64,000 bases of DNA, from the NCBI GenBank assembly GCA_951406725.2, contig OX597825.1, positions 4,526,001-4,590,000 on the forward strand, written 5' to 3'. Source of the DNA: Octopus vulgaris (Eukaryota). Of the stretch, positions 38,987-54,564 are shown piece after piece. Each line of letters opens with the position of its first letter. Position 1 is the first letter of the stretch. The position numbers and the translations under genes are program-made. The notes below the pieces were generated by a model. The model made no database searches. It saw only the letters and a program-made list of their open reading frames with translations, and was not told the origin of the DNA.

Positions 38987-39369
38987 GTGGAGGCGCAATG
39001 GCCCAGTGGTTAGGGCAGCGGACTCGCGGTCATAGGATCGCGGTTTCGATTCCCAGACCGGGCGTTGTGAGTGTTTATTGAGCGAAAACACCTGAAGCTC
39101 CACGAGGCTCCGGCAGGGATGGTGGTGATCCCTGCTGTACTCTTTCACCACAACTTTCTCTCACTCTTACTTCCTGTTTCTGTTGTACCTGTATTTCAAG
39201 GGGCCGGCCTTGTCACTCTCTGTGTCACGCTGAATATTCCCGAGAACTACGTTATGGGTACACGTGTCTGTGGAGTGCTCAGCCACTTACACGTTAATTT
39301 CACGAGCAGGCTGTTCCGTTGATTCGGATCAACCGGAACCCTCGTCGTCGTAACCGACGGAGTGCTTCC
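38987..39369 (+). mobile_element. tRNA-derived SINE (family A variant) with 10-bp TSD
   Basis: A box tggcccagtgg, B box gtttcgattcc; atatttcgta at 38977-38986 and 39371-39380. Confidence 0.9.
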
Positions 39370-39839
39370 AATATTTCGTAAAAACGTTGGGAATCCAGAT
39401 TAACTGAATTCAGTCAATTTATGTTTTGTTTAAGGAACTATCTTGAAAATAATGAATATGTTCTACATTGCGTTCTCGTGGCATTTTATAATAAATATGC
39501 CTTTGAAAGAGCCATTTCATTATCTTCATCTTTAATCTTCTACTAAATTGAATAATGAACGTTATTTTTTTTGCTAGTTTACTTAAAGCCTGATGGAGAT
39601 CATTAAAAGTCAACTGAAAAAAAAATATCTATATATTTTGGGGCGGAGGGGCAAATATAAATAAGTTGAAACCAAAGTAAAAAGAAGAAAGCAATAAACA
39701 GAATTCTATGTTTCATTCATCGTAAAAATATTCCGAAGTAAAAATGTCAAAGAAAGGATATTTGAAGGATGGGTCACACAATCAAGACGAACAAACAATT
39801 TCAGATACGCACGCAGGCCCATATTCACGTGCACTACAC

Positions 39840-39984
<145 letters not shown>

Positions 39985-40740
39985 AATATATATACATGCA
40001 TACATATATAAATTTATGTCTATGCATATACATATATATATATATATATATATGTATATTCATATATATATATATACATGTATATATACGCATATACACA
40101 CTCACGCACGAGGCGTGCTTACACGCGTGCACACACACACGCAGACACCCACACATACACACCCACATATATAAATATACGTATGCTCGTTTCTATAGGA
40201 TTATTTATGTATGTACAAGCGCACGTAGACGTATGCATACATATATATGTTTATATATATGGAAGTATGCATATATTTTATATGTAAAGACTTAGTGATA
40301 GAACGTGATAAAGAAAGGTGGATTGTGGGGTGGAAACGAAAACAGCTTCGAATTTTATAAACTTTTTTTTTAATCTTAAACTGCACAAAACTTATCTATA
40401 GTAATGCTAAAAATTTGCTTCTCTTTTTTTTTTCTTTAAATAAAATCTTTTGAATTTCGTGCTTTACTGGTAATAGGAAGGATTTTCTATCACAGCCAGT
40501 AGATTTTAAAACGTATAAAGCAGATATAAACACTTCACAACGACAATTTCTTATGTTCGAGAAATGACATCAAAATACACTTAATCAATTTGAGATAACA
40601 TTTGCCGAACCCATGAAATTATTCCTGAAATCGGATTAAATTCTTTAATATCTTTTACAAAGTATATAGTAATTTACTTTCGAATTAACATAGGATAGTA
40701 AAATTTCGATTTCACAACCTACACTGTTTAATATATTTAA

Positions 40741-41056
40741 AGGAGCACTCCCTCGGTTCCGACGACGACAGCTGATCCGATCAACGGAACAGCTTGCTCG
40801 TGAAATTAATGTGCAAGTAGCTCAGCACTCCACAAACACGTGTACTCGTGACGTAGTTCTCGGAAGATTCAGCGTGACACAGAGTGTGACAAGGCCGGTC
40901 CTTTGAAATACGGGTACTAATCATTTTTGCCAGCTTAATGGACTGGAGCAACGTGAAATAAAATGTCTAGCTCAAGGCCACAACGCGTCATCGTGAATTG
41001 AACTCATGACCTTACGATAGTGAACTGAATACCCTAACCACTAAGCCACGGACCTT
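40741..41056 (-). mobile_element. tRNA-derived SINE family A with 11-bp TSD
   Basis: Reverse complement of the 14219 copy; taatatattta on both flanks. Confidence 0.88.
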
Positions 41057-41697
41057 CTAATATATTTAGTGAGAGATGATAGCGGGGAAAACACCTAAAT
41101 TTTCCCTGAACTAGCATTTTAGAAGCTAGCAGGTCTCTCGCCAAGTGTCCTCTTCAAAACTAAATGGTTCCCGATTAGAATCGTGTGCTTTGTTTTATTT
41201 AAATCTACTTGATGGTATCATCTAGTCGAAGGTAGTGTCTATTTTGCATAGAAATGCATACATATGTGTACAAACATACAAAATATACAGGAATGCATGT
41301 GCACTCACACAGACATATATATGTACATGCCATATATATATGAATACATATGTAGCGGTAGATTGAGGGAGTGAGAGAGTGAGGGAAAGGGAGGGAGAGA
41401 GGGAGAGAGGGAGAGAGAGAGATATAGACATATGTACACATACACGCACAGATATACATACGTATCCAAACATACTGACGGCTGTAAACAACAGCAACGA
41501 GGATAATACTAACAAGAAGAATATGTAAGTAACTATATATAATGACGACGAAAGAAATATTCATGGTGGAAGAGGTGGATATTGTGTCATTGTTGTTCCT
41601 GCACAGGAGAGCAACAATAAACAAGTAAGAACAAGATGTAGGAAACAATGTGGGTAATGATGAAGATTATATGCAATAAGAGGTTTTGGGGTAAACA

Positions 41698-41910
41698 AGG
41701 CGGCGAGCTGGCAGAAACGTTAGCACGCTGGGCGAAATGCTTAGAGGCATTTCGTCTGCCGCTACGTTCTGAGTTCAAATTCCGCCGAGGACGACTTTGC
41801 CTTTTATCCTTTCGGAGTCGATAAATTAATTACCAGTTACGTACTGGGGTCTATCAAATCGATTGGCCCCCTCCCCAAAAATTCCGGGCACGTACCTTGA
41901 GTAGAAAAGA
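41698..41910 (+). mobile_element. SINE family B
   Basis: ggcggcgagctggcagaaacgttagcacg...; degenerate TSD aataagaggttttggggtaaa / aataaaagattttgggtaaa. Confidence 0.87.
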
Positions 41911-42697
41911 ATAAAAGATTTTGGGTAAATATGGATAGAAAGACAGACAGACAAGCAGGCAGGAAGACAGATAGATAGAATAACAGACATACAGGTAGAG
42001 GGACGGATGGGTTGATTAAATGTTTTTATGCTGCTAATTTACATGCTTATCACAATTCTTTATACTATAGGGTTTGTGCGTGATCAATGATCGTTTTATA
42101 ATTTAATTTAAAATTAATAAATTAATAAAATAAAAAGGTCGTTTAATATGCACGAACCCAATACTACGGTAGAAAGTACATCACTCAAGTACAGTCTTCA
42201 GGATTCGACTTGCCATTTCCGGAAACGCTATGGTACTTCTCTACTGCTAAAGAGCTAAATCCCGCCTTGTAAGTTCAAGAAACAGCGTCTTATCTTAAGA
42301 AGCTATATGACCATAGCCTACTTGCCCAAGATGTGATATTCCTTGTTTAACAGTGTAGGAGATGGCATGATCTTGTTCTGCTAACAGAAAAGTGGACAAA
42401 TTAGTTCATACATGAATTAGTTAATACCCACTGATTCAGAGATAATCTTCCTACAATAATCACATGAAATTTGAAGGGAGAGGGCTAATCCATTACGTCA
42501 ACCCACTCGATCAGTGTGCACTTATTTTATCAACCTCGGAAGGACGAAAGGCAAAGTTAATTTCGGTCGCATTTGAACACAGATCTTTAAGCCGGGAAGA
42601 ATGCCGCTAAGCATTGTACCAGTTCGCTGCATCTACCGAACTATAAATAGAACAAAAATGAGACGATACCCTGATTTCATGTTTCTTCAAACAGAGC

Positions 42698-42729
<32 letters not shown>

Positions 42730-42750
42730 GTATGTATATATATATTCATG

Positions 42751-42798
<48 letters not shown>

Positions 42799-45039
42799 TA
42801 CCAATCCACATGAACGTGAACAGTAACTAATGTTCAACTCGTCATGTATACGAATGACAACTTTTAGAGCATTCGATAATTACAAAGACTCCAGATGAAA
42901 TATCTTTGATCCAATACGTCTAATTAGCAATCATGCCTCCTACTTACATCTAATCACCAGTCTGACACAAGGTGTAACTCTATCTTTTCCGACTGTTGCT
43001 ATACATATGGATATGCACAATATTAATATTAAATTATGAATATCTAGCATTTATAAGGCAGATCGGCATCTAATCTTAATCTGCTTATAGCTAGCTTTAC
43101 CCTTGGGCACAACCATTCAGTTCTTTATGATTTATCTAGAAAACTCTTTGTTACCAGCATCGCAAGTTATTCTCTGTGTCAGGTAATCAGCGGATGACAT
43201 TCAGTAAGTGGAGGTTTATAAAATATTTTTCAATCTCTTCAGTTTCATGTGAATACGGAGATACGTGTGTGTAACTGTGCGATGGAAGCAATGACATTGT
43301 TTCTCTTTGAATGTCTACGTGTGTGTATTGAGTAGTAGTAGTAGTGGTGGTGGTGGTGGTGGTTCAAATGAACAGTGGAAATGAAGTGAAATTCTGTATC
43401 CATTCATAAATTTCTCCCGAATCTAACTATTAATTTCTAACAAGCCTTCAATAAAATGATATTAACGCCTCGGTATAATGAAAAATGTCCCAGTGGAGAA
43501 CGTCTTATTTTTAATATCTTCTCAATTCTTCATAATATAGAGTTCAAATTATATAAAATGAAATATTCCAAAAATATCATCATCCCCATATTACCCAAAA
43601 TGCAATTTTGTAGGCTCGTAGGGAAAATGGTATAATCTGACAAAAATACTTTAAAAGGTTTTCTTTTTAATTTTTTTTTATTTTTTCATCTTATCTTTTC
43701 CGAAGCCAAATTAAAATTTATGCTCTGGGTTAGGGGAATTGTGTTGGCTGGTTCAGAAATTATATTCAACATTCAAGGGAGACTTTTATCTTCACACTTC
43801 TTTCTGTAAAGTCTAAAATGAAATAAAAGAAATGTGGTAAAGAAAGCCTCGTTTTCGACATGATACCTATTGTTATGAGAAAGTTTATTGAGAATCTCCT
43901 CCTCCCCCCCCCCCATCAAACCCACCATAGAAAAGGAAGAAAGCGAGAATGTGATAAGAAGAAAAATGTGTATATATGCGTGAGAAAGAAAAGGAAAAAA
44001 CGTGAGAGTAAGAGTGTGAATGTGTGAATGTTCCTGATTTTTTGTTCTTTCCATCGTTCACGATCTAAAGGTCGAATTGTTAAAGGAATCAGGAAGCAAA
44101 ATGGAAGTGAAAATGAAAAGATCGTAATTTCCTTAAACATGCATGTTTCTGGTTGCATCAATATTTTGTGTTCTTTAAAATAGATTCTGAAGAGAAGAAA
44201 CAGCAATAAAATGTTTTTATTGGAATTTTTAAAATGAATAAACCACATAAACGTTTTTAATTTACTTGGATATTTACCTGACAATGGCTTATATTGTTTA
44301 CTTTAATAATTCACTTCGGTTTGTTTGGAAATAAATTGCATAGATAAGATTTTATAGAATAAAAATATATTTTTAAAAAGAGGTGTTGCTTTAGGGAATT
44401 TGCAAGAGATCTAGCACTGGGAACATTTAATCGAATGATTTATAAACAAAGACGTTTAAAACGTGACCATCACACCGGTTTTATGAGGCATAGTGCATTT
44501 CTGAACATATTATCCAATATTTTCTTCATTTAAAAACACAGCAACAAATTTTCAAAAGTTTTGGCTTCTCTTTTCAGCATTTTGACTGATTCTATTGAGC
44601 AGCATAAAAGAGCCCTTTAGCTCCCTTTAAATTTTCCATTTTCCATTTGCAAAGACACCAAATCTCATACGAAGAAATACAAGCAAAAACAAAGGCTGGA
44701 GTCTTTTACGCAAAACAATAATTTAATACAAACTGTGAAGTATTGAATTATTGGTTAGTTTATGAGTAACTTCTACATGTGCACATAAAATTGATGACAA
44801 AATCCCTACATGGGATTGAAATTACTGTTCACCTGTTTTACTGAAGATATATATAGACTTACATACGTTTAATCATAGTACAATGTAGCACAATGTGAAC
44901 ACAATAATATATGAATGTGTATACGTATATTTATTCATGTATATGTGTGTGTTTTTGTGTGTTTGTGTGTGTGTATGTGTAAATGTTTTGACATGTTATG
45001 TGTTCAATTATATTTGAATTCATTGCTTTTTTTGAGGTG

Positions 45040-45640
45040 TTCGTCCGACGACATTTCGTCAAACCTGTTTTCGTCCACGTCTTTTCGTCTGACGTCTTTT
45101 TGTCCGATGTTTCCTTTGTCCAACGACTTTTTGTCCAATTTTAAATAAACTCTTTAGAAAACAAGGTGAAATATCTCTAATGATATATTCACAGAACTAT
45201 AACGAGCCTCGTTATAGGATTGTCATTATCGTTTTTTTTCTTTTTTTTGTTGTTAACAGTTTTACTTTCTCCTTTTGCGTTTCTCTCTTAAGTATGGTGC
45301 TGTTTATAGAGAGTGCTGCAAATTTAGTGTACACATTTTTAATTTACCCATCCCGAAAATACAAAGTTCATAGTATCAAACAAAAACAAAAGAAAACTTA
45401 TACTTAAATCTACGATTTTCATTCAATCAAAGCAAAATTAGGAAAAGAACACTGGAGATGTGAGAAAAGAAGGCTGTGTTCAGTGCGGATTCACACGGAA
45501 ACGGAAAATGATGAGCGGAAAATTATTAATTTTTCTAGTGAGGACCTTCATCCTACTGATGTAGATTCGTTCAATGCTGGAAAAGCAGTTGCAGGAATGA
45601 AGCGTTGGACAAAGTCACATAGGACGAAAAACCGGGTCAC
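45040..45640. repeat. Degenerate 15-bp-period array (ttYgtcc-based) with inverted counterparts ~470 bp downstream; possible foldback/Mutator-like element
   Basis: About 7 units at 45040-45140; ggacaaa (45607) and ggacgaa (45622) in reverse orientation at 15-bp spacing. Confidence 0.5.
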
Positions 45641-47149
45641 GTTACAGAAGATATATATATATAAAATTATTTACATATGTTTAATCATATACCGTGTTGC
45701 AAATATTGCCTCTGTAGTACAATGTGAGCACAAGTAATACATGTATGTGTGTACAAATATACACATGTATGTGTGAGTTAGTGTGTAAATGTTTTGTGAT
45801 GTGTGTGTTCAGTTATATTTGAAATCGTCGCTTTTTTTGGAGTGATATGATTATATTCCTGTTAAAAATATGAAAAATATGACTAAACTTGTTACTACTA
45901 AACAAGTGTACTTGGCATTTTTAAAGGATATTAGGATAATGTCATTGCTGTTTGAGTTATATGATTTAGCAAAATGTAGTGACGGTGCCGATTGAATACT
46001 TACTGGGACGTGCAATGGGTAAAATCATTGGAAGTGTTCAGTATTAATATTGATAGTAAATGACACAAACGTAATGTCTCCTCTCTATAATACCATTCTA
46101 CATCAGTTTACCTCACTTTTATGCTGATTTATTATCCACCGCTACCATCATCCTACCCACACGCCAGTCAACATATCCAACCAGCAAGAAATTAGGTGAC
46201 TTTCTGTTGTCTAGTTTGTCCGCTTGCTTGAGTGTTTGATTGATTTAGTGTTCTCTGTGGTATCTAAGAAACTATTGAAGCTAGAAATACGAGTTATACG
46301 AAACATGAAATCAATTATACGAAAGAAAATAGAAATATGCTCACATGCATGGTTACATAACAACCTAATCTTTTTTCAGATATTGGTTGCTTATAATAGT
46401 TTGCAGTATCAAACACATTCAAATAGAGACCAAATATACACAGAAAATTTCGTTATCGATGTTGCCTTTTCCTTTATTTTTTAGTAAAAACTGATATGTC
46501 AAATATTTATTTCAGATATGTAAAGTATTAGATTTTGGATTAGTATTAGGTAACAAACATATCTCTACTACTGGCAAGAACCGTTCTATTTCAGAATTGC
46601 TGGAAATAAGTGGTTCATGTCGCTCTGGTAGCATTGCTTGAGGAATGCACCGAGGAATTATTTTTAGATAATGGCTGCAATTTGAAAGGGGCTGAGAACT
46701 GTTTGAAATTCTGTCGTAGACAATGGTTTTCGACTTACGCCTAAGATTTCATTGTTTGTAGTTATAATCACGAAAGAGTTTAACAAAATGCCTCCGTCTG
46801 TAACATCACGTAGTTGATGAGGTTTACGCAGTCTTTTAACGTATTTGGAGCTGCACTTGACGATGTAGAAGAATAGTTCATAAGACTGTTCGCAGATCAG
46901 TCTTTTGCCGCCTTGAAAAAGAAAAGGCCGTTACTTGTTTGCTTCACCTTGCTTTCTGTCCTCAAGTTTACCACACAGATGTTCAAAGGTGCTGTGTTGA
47001 AATTTGAGCTCCACAATATACGTGGTGGTATCAAAACGTTCCTGCACTAGTTCTAGCCCGCAAACAGACGGCAGCACACGGTTGCGTGCGCAGTGAGAGC
47101 TAGCAGGGACCTTCATGAGGTAGTGTGCCGAGTTTATTTCACAAGTAGT

Positions 47150-47410
47150 GGAATTTGTGTTTTCGTGATCACGTGTATACTGTAGTCTGTGATTTTTCAA
47201 TGGACAGGAAGTTGGAACAAGAAGCGAAGCCAGCGGGAAATGTTGCGTTAGACTTGAGTCGTACGTAATGTTTCCAGTGGTGTGGGTGCTTCAAAGGCAG
47301 AAGAACATCCCTGGAAGAGGATGAGAGATCTGGAAGATTAGCCACAAACGTCAAACACCCCATCCCACCCTGAAATGTGGAGAAAATCCATCTGTTTGTG
47401 CATAAGGACA
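47150..47410 (+). pseudogene. Mariner transposase N-terminal fragment
   Basis: MDRKLEQ...CFQWCGCFKGRRTSLEEDERSGRLAT...[12 protein letters not shown] (cf. W..RFK.GR.SLEDD.RSGRP). Confidence 0.7.
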
Positions 47411-47483
47411 AGTTTCTCATAACACTTTTGTATCGTCTTCTAAATGTTTTACGTTCTTGTCCCAGTTTGTATTTTTCTACATG

Positions 47484-47531
<48 letters not shown>

Positions 47532-47584
47532 TATATGTATATATATATATGTATGTACTCATATGTATGCTTATACATATATAC

Positions 47585-47645
<61 letters not shown>

Positions 47646-48452
47646 GGAATGCATGAATGTATATGTGGGTATATGTGGGTGTATGTGTGTGTAAGGGTAT
47701 GTGTTTGCGTACGCATAGGCAAACGACGGGCTGATCACGAATTGTATGACTTCATCATTTGCTTAACTCTTTTTAAAATTTTCCCAGGGCTCCACAACAA
47801 CAACAACTGCAGCAACAACAACGACAGCAGCAACGTCAGCAACAACTGCAAAAACTTATAGATGCATTATCGATAAAATATTAACATCCATAGAAAAAAT
47901 AATCAATCTAAAACGCTTATTAATAATTGAACAGTTTGACTTTTTTTTATTAGCAAGACTTAGTCTAACTGATTTATGCGAAATACCGGGAGATAGAGAT
48001 TTTTCCCCTTCAACTCAAGTGCATTCCGTACATAAAACATATATCTAAGTAAAGCGTATAAGGTTTCAGTGTGTTTTTTTTTCTTTCTTGGTTCCATTTG
48101 TTGTTGCTTTTCGTATGTACGTAGATTGTGCTGTATATTAAAGGGAATTTCAGTCATTGCAGTAGTAACTGGTGTATTTCTTTGCTAAAGCAATTATGCT
48201 TTGTATCAATTTATTTATAGCTTGTGGAATAAATTGAAGTTCGAATTCCAGTAATGTTCACTATGTAAATTTTACCTTCAGGTTACAATTACATTAAATA
48301 TAAAACTCGGTTTCTCTATATGGAGGAGACGTTGGAAGGGGGGAAATAAGAGGAAATGAGAAGGAAAGAAACATGACACATAGCGTGCATGATATATACA
48401 TACACACATATATATACATATAAATATGTATAAATACGTATACATGCATACG

Positions 48453-48517
<65 letters not shown>

Positions 48518-48679
48518 CCACATCTCTCCATATGCATATACATACATTTATATAAACAGAATAGGTAGACAAATACATACATAGATAGAAACTTACACAT
48601 CTACACATTTTATGTATATGTGTGTGTGCGTGTGTGTATTTGTATTGACAACTATGTGTATATATATGTATATATACAT

Positions 48680-48717
<38 letters not shown>

Positions 48718-48719
48718 AA

Positions 48720-48778
<59 letters not shown>

Positions 48779-49276
48779 TTCACCTATGACTATATACATA
48801 CATACCTACATACATGTGTGTGTGTATGTGTCTGTTGTGTGTGCGCACGTACCTGTGTACATGTGTGCGTATGTTTGTTTGTGTGTGCACGCGTGTGTGT
48901 GCGTAAGTACTCGTAGTAGGAAGTTATTTGTGCGAATTATTGAAATCTGACGAGTGGTGCAAAACAACACAAAAGAATGAATGAGGATCGCAGGCTGCAA
49001 ATAGTGAAACTGCGAAGAGAGAGAAGTTTAAGAAAAGTAATTAGACCTCTTCACTGTTGACATTTGATACACTTAGAAAGCTGAAGTGGTATATATCTCG
49101 TGGGCAGTATCATCATAATTGAGAGATAAGAGTACAAGCGTAGAGTCGAGGTGTAATTGTTGCACATAGAGGATTTATCTAATTATTTTATTTGATTCCA
49201 TCCTCACTGACCCAGTTAAACTTTGAGGGATGTGAAAAATGTGTGGTTTGTAGAACGGAGCTATATTTTATTACAG

Positions 49277-49655
49277 AGCTTGCTTACCAACCACATGGTT
49301 CCGGGTTCAGTCCCACTGCGTGGCACCTTGGGCAAGTGTCTTCTACTATAGCCTCGGGCCGACCAAAGCCTTCTGAGTGGATTTGGTAGACGGAAACTGA
49401 AAGAAGCCCGTCGTATATATGTATGTATATATATGTGCATGTATGTTTGTGTGTGTGTGTTTGTCCCCCTAGCATTGCTTGACAACCGATGCTGGTGTGT
49501 TTATGTCCCCGTTACTTAGCGGTTCGGCAAAAGAGACCGATAGAATAAGTACTAGGCTTACAAAGAATAAGTCCCGGGGTCGAGTTGCTCGATTAAAGGC
49601 AGTGCTCAAGCATGGCCGCAGTCAAATGACTGAAACAAATAAAAGAGAAAAAAAA
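49277..49655 (+). mobile_element. SINE family C (tRNA-like head slightly 5'-truncated, internal TA/TG tract)
   Basis: ggttcagtcccactgcgtggcaccttgggcaagtg...; related copies at 53762-54033, 49910-50040 and 38710-38825(-). Confidence 0.85.
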
Positions 49656-49765
49656 AGAGGCTCTCACTAATAGATATATACATACAGACACAGACACACG
49701 CACACACACACAGATATATATATATATATACGTTTATACGTATATAATTATAGATATACATATTT

Positions 49766-49803
<38 letters not shown>

Positions 49804-52800
49804 CTATAATTATATATGTATAAACGTATATATATATATATGTATGTATTTCTGTATATGAACGCACATACGTACGTACATACATGCATACATATATACA
49901 TACACACATGCTTGCTTTCCAGTCACATGGACCAGGGTTCAGTCCCACAGCGGGAAACCTTGAGCAAGTGACTTCTACTAGTATAGCCTCGGACACACAG
50001 AATACGTTTGAGTGAATCTGGCAGACGGAAATTGAAGGGACCTAGAAATACTAAGTATTTTAAAGAAGGAGCAAAGAAATGCGGCATGCATTCTCCAAAT
50101 CTTATCTATTAGGGGCACATTCCCAAAATTCTCCATCTAAGATTCTTTAGAGGAATAGATGCACACTCCTAAGTGTGTGCATCAACAGGTTAACAAACAA
50201 TAACTCAACTACATATTTACCAACACCGGCAAGTCATATAACGAAAAATACCGTGTCACTTTGGATGTAACTGGCCTGAAATCTCTTTAAAGCGAGATAT
50301 ATACGTGTGTGTGTGTGTATGTGTGTGTATGTATGTATGTATGTTTGCCTGTACCTGTATATACATACGTACATATATCGATACATAATAGCGATACATA
50401 CTGTATAGATGCATAGATGCATAGATGCATACATACATGTGTGTGTGTATGTGTGTGTGTGTGTGTGTGTGTGTATGCTTAAGTATTCTCGCTTTCAACC
50501 AAGCTATATTCGTTTTCATTGGTGATATTTTTCACGCCATGTTAAGCTTAATCGAGTTCAGTTTTTCTAGGTCGTTCAAACAATGATTACCCTCTTTGTC
50601 ATACAGAGTGTATCTAGAACAAACTCTATCTCGAGATGGCCGGATGTGATTTGATGGAAACCTAGATGTTATTTCTACCACTTTCAGACACTTCTTTGGG
50701 ATCTTTCCTTTGTCTGGTAGATTGTTTTAGGCTCAGACCAGCAAATTTGTGAAGCAATTTTTATTTCGCTTTTGGTCAGTAAATGTTTTTTTCTATTTTC
50801 TTTTATCTAGAAATCAAATCAATTGACTACAATTCCCTTTAAACTTTGCTTTTGTGACTTAGACATCAACGTTTTGAAACTGGCCTATTTTCCATTCATT
50901 TCAGACATATTCAGCGCCGAGTAGCTGAGGCTGAAATATCGTTATAGTAAATATTCTGTTCAATACCACAGATTTGCTTGTCAGTTGCTTGCCCTTAACA
51001 ACTTGAGCATATCCCTTGGTGACTGACAATATTTGCATCTCTGATCATGAGCAGGAGTTGTCGGGGAGCATCATAGTAATATATTGAGAGAGGTTCTTTG
51101 GGATCTGAATGAAAGAGCAACATTTGAAGCAAATATTAGACATCTATCATACTTTCTAGGGGTCAGCAAATAGGAAATAACCGTTACTAACTAAGGGAAA
51201 AAATTTTGTTACACATTTTAATAAAAGGGGTTTAATAAAAGGGGTTTAAATATATATATATATATTTTTGATGTGATGTATACAACACCAAATTACCATG
51301 TAAGTCCTTTTTAATTTTATTATCTCTCTCCGCTTTTATTCCTGACCGAAGAATTTTTCTGCATGAAGATACGTTTCAAACTGACTAATAACAATAAAAA
51401 GCATCGTTTTTAATTAGATTGTATGACCAAATGGTTACGCTTTTTTTTTTAACGTCTTGTAGTAAAATATCTTATGACGATTTTGCAGACAAATGAAAAC
51501 TTGAGTTATAGTATACGAGTACCAAGTCAGACTGAAAATAGTGTTAATAATTTAGCTGTCTTGTTTGTGTGACTCTGCTGTTTTTTATGCATTCTGTTTG
51601 ACGTATTTATTAAACATTTAAAAATGTCGTTGATTTTTTTCCTTTTGTCGGAATAGTTTTTTTGTTTCTTTACTTAGATAACACAAGAAAAATCTTTTCA
51701 AAATAGAAGAAAAGAATTTTTAATATATCATATTATATATGGTAGCTGTTAAGAAATTTCAACATTGTTTCACTGGTAAATTGTTATCACACACTAATAT
51801 CATTATATCACTTGTTGCAGTCAATATGATACGAAAGAGTTTAGCGCTGTCTATCTCCACAGTACATTACAATGGAGAAAGTAGATTGTTAACACCTCTA
51901 GCCCTTTCTACCAAATTCAGCAAATTCTGTGATAAAAGCCATTTTCGAATATTTTTTTAATATAAAAATTACAAGTCCAGGCAGTCGAATATGTTGCTTC
52001 TTGGTATTTGTATTATTTCTTTTTGCTTACAATTTACACATTGGATTATTCATTTATTTAAGGATGTATTTGTCAACTGAGGTACGATGTATATCTCACA
52101 TTTATTCCACTTCTAATGAGTGTCATAAATATTCATTTAAGTTCTGCAAATGAACTCTTTTTCAACTGAACATCGAAAAAGGTCGATTTACGAAAGCACA
52201 AATACGGATTCGGTCCGCTGTATTACATCTAGGGAAACTACCTTCTTTGATAGCCTCCAGGCCGGACAATGCCTTCTAAGTGAATTTGGTACACAGAAAA
52301 TGTGTGGAAGCCCTCACTTCCACACACACATATATATAGATAGATAAGCAGAGAAAGAGAGAGAGACAGAGAAATATAAATATGTATATACTTATACACG
52401 AGTGTCCAGCTTCTATATATATATGTGTGCATGTATGTTGTATAGTAAGAGTAAACGTGTTTATCTGCATCACTATCTTATAGTCACCTTTCACTTTGCG
52501 GACTTTGTCCTGGATAAAGACTTCGTATAGTAAGTTCAAACATCCTGAGCACATAGTTGCCCCACTTCGTTTTCTTGTCTTTGTTTACAAAAAATTTCTC
52601 GCGATACTTTAATGTGACTTCTCTTGTTTTGTTTTTTTCCTTTTTGAATCCAATATGGGGACAAATACCAATTATTCTGTGACCGGTTGGAGAATTCTTG
52701 AAATATTTTCTTAAAATGAAACCAATGGTACCTTTAATACACAAATACAGAATCTTTATCCACCAATGCGGTGTTGAGCACTCATTCTCATTGTTCGATA

Positions 52801-52814
52801 TTTACGTGTATAAG

Positions 52815-53180
52815 TATGTATGTATGTATGTATGTATGTATGTATGTATGTATGTATGTATGTATGTATGTATGTACGTATGTATGTATCTATGCATTAT
52901 GTATGTATGTATTATGTATGCGTGTATGTATGTATGTATGTATGTATGTACGTATGTATGTATGCATTATGTATGTATGTATGTATTATGTATGCGTGTA
53001 TGTATGTATGTATGTATGTATGCATGTATGTACGTATGTATGTATGTATGCATTATGTATGCGTGCTTGTATGTATGTATGTATGTATGTATGTATGTAT
53101 GTATGCATCTATGTATGCATTATGTATGTATGTATGTATGTATGTATGTATGTATGCATTATGTATGTATGTATTATGTA
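52815..53180. repeat. Compound (TATG)n satellite with higher-order tatgcattatg / tatgcgtg variants
   Basis: Direct reading. Confidence 0.9.
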
Positions 53181-53761
53181 TTTACTATTCTTAAACAAGA
53201 ATTTTGTGATATTGAATTCGAAATTTCGCCCGGCTAAATCATCTTCTAACTTCGATGCATGAGAAATAGTCTTGCCTTTATAGAGTGTCTGTTGAGTTGA
53301 AAATCTTCCATGGTTGCGTGAGTTTGAGTGGAGCAGTAACAATGGATTTTTATGGTTGTTTGTTTTGGAGAAGTTTAATTGGTTAAATTTGGGATCATAT
53401 TATTCAGAACTTATTCATCGATGTAGAACATTATAAACAATATTGGAGGTATTTATTTTTCTCAGGTGGACACAAGGTGTGACAGGATTTTTGTTGCTTT
53501 CGGTATTATTGCATTTAATCTTTTTGCTTGGACAATGTAAGTGCCACACTTACGAAGTCCAGTATTTAAGCCCTTAGTAAATGTGTGTTGTCAACTTTTT
53601 TCTTTAAAAGTATGTAGATAAGTGGTACGTGTAAGCTGGTCATTTCGTTACTTTTTGTTGTTATTTCCAGGATTTCTTGTTTGCACGGTGATGTTATCAC
53701 ACAGGCATGTCGTGGATTTGCTAGTATAGCCGTGTTAGTAAATGCGTAGGAGTGGCTGTGT

Positions 53762-54033
53762 GGTTCAGTCCCACTGCGTGGCACCTTAGGCAAGTGTCTT
53801 CTACTATAGCCTCGAGCCGACCAAAGCCTTCTGAGTGGATTTGGTAGACGCAAACTGAAAGAACCGCGTCGTATATATGTATATATATATATATATATGG
53901 GTGGGTGTGTGTTTGTGTGTCTATGTTTGTCACCTTAACATCGCTTGACAACCGATGGTGATGTGTTTACGTTCCCGTAACTTAGCGGTTCGGCAAAGAG
54001 AGCGATAGAATAAGTACTAGGCTTACAAAGAAT
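53762..54033 (+). mobile_element. SINE family C, truncated at both ends
   Basis: Homologous to 49305-49570. Confidence 0.82.
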
Positions 54034-54034
54034 A

Positions 54035-54564
54035 CCAACAGCAACAAAAATTCTGTCACGCCTTGTGCTTACCTAAGAAAAGAGAAATACCCGCAGTCTT
54101 GTTTACGAATTTTTATATGCATGAAGACATTCAAACCTATTACATAATCACAATTTTAATCAATCAAAATTTCTCGAACACAATTCTCCACAACAATAAG
54201 CCATGGAAACTAATTACCACCCCACACAACTTACACATCCGGGGGAGATTTTGACTCTACGGAGACTACATGAAGAAAAGACTAAATCTAATGTACTACA
54301 GACGGATGATGGTTTGGCTGGAAACAACATATATATCATTATATATCTTAATTCTACTTTCATTCTTTTATTTCCACTATATTCCCTATCTCCTCCTTTT
54401 CAATAATAAATCGAACACCAATACTTTCTCACGCCATCTCTGATGAAAGGATATCCATAATATCCCCCAAAACCGCTCTGAGATTTAATATAGCTGTAAG
54501 ACTATTTCATTATAAATTTCCTGAAAACTACTCACAGCCTTGGCTTTGTTATCTCATTCAGTTT

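Noticed and set aside
45040-45140. CRISPR-like array
   Set aside because: Eukaryotic context, 15-bp period with no unique spacers of CRISPR length, no cas genes; the 61591-61800 repeat fails for the same reasons
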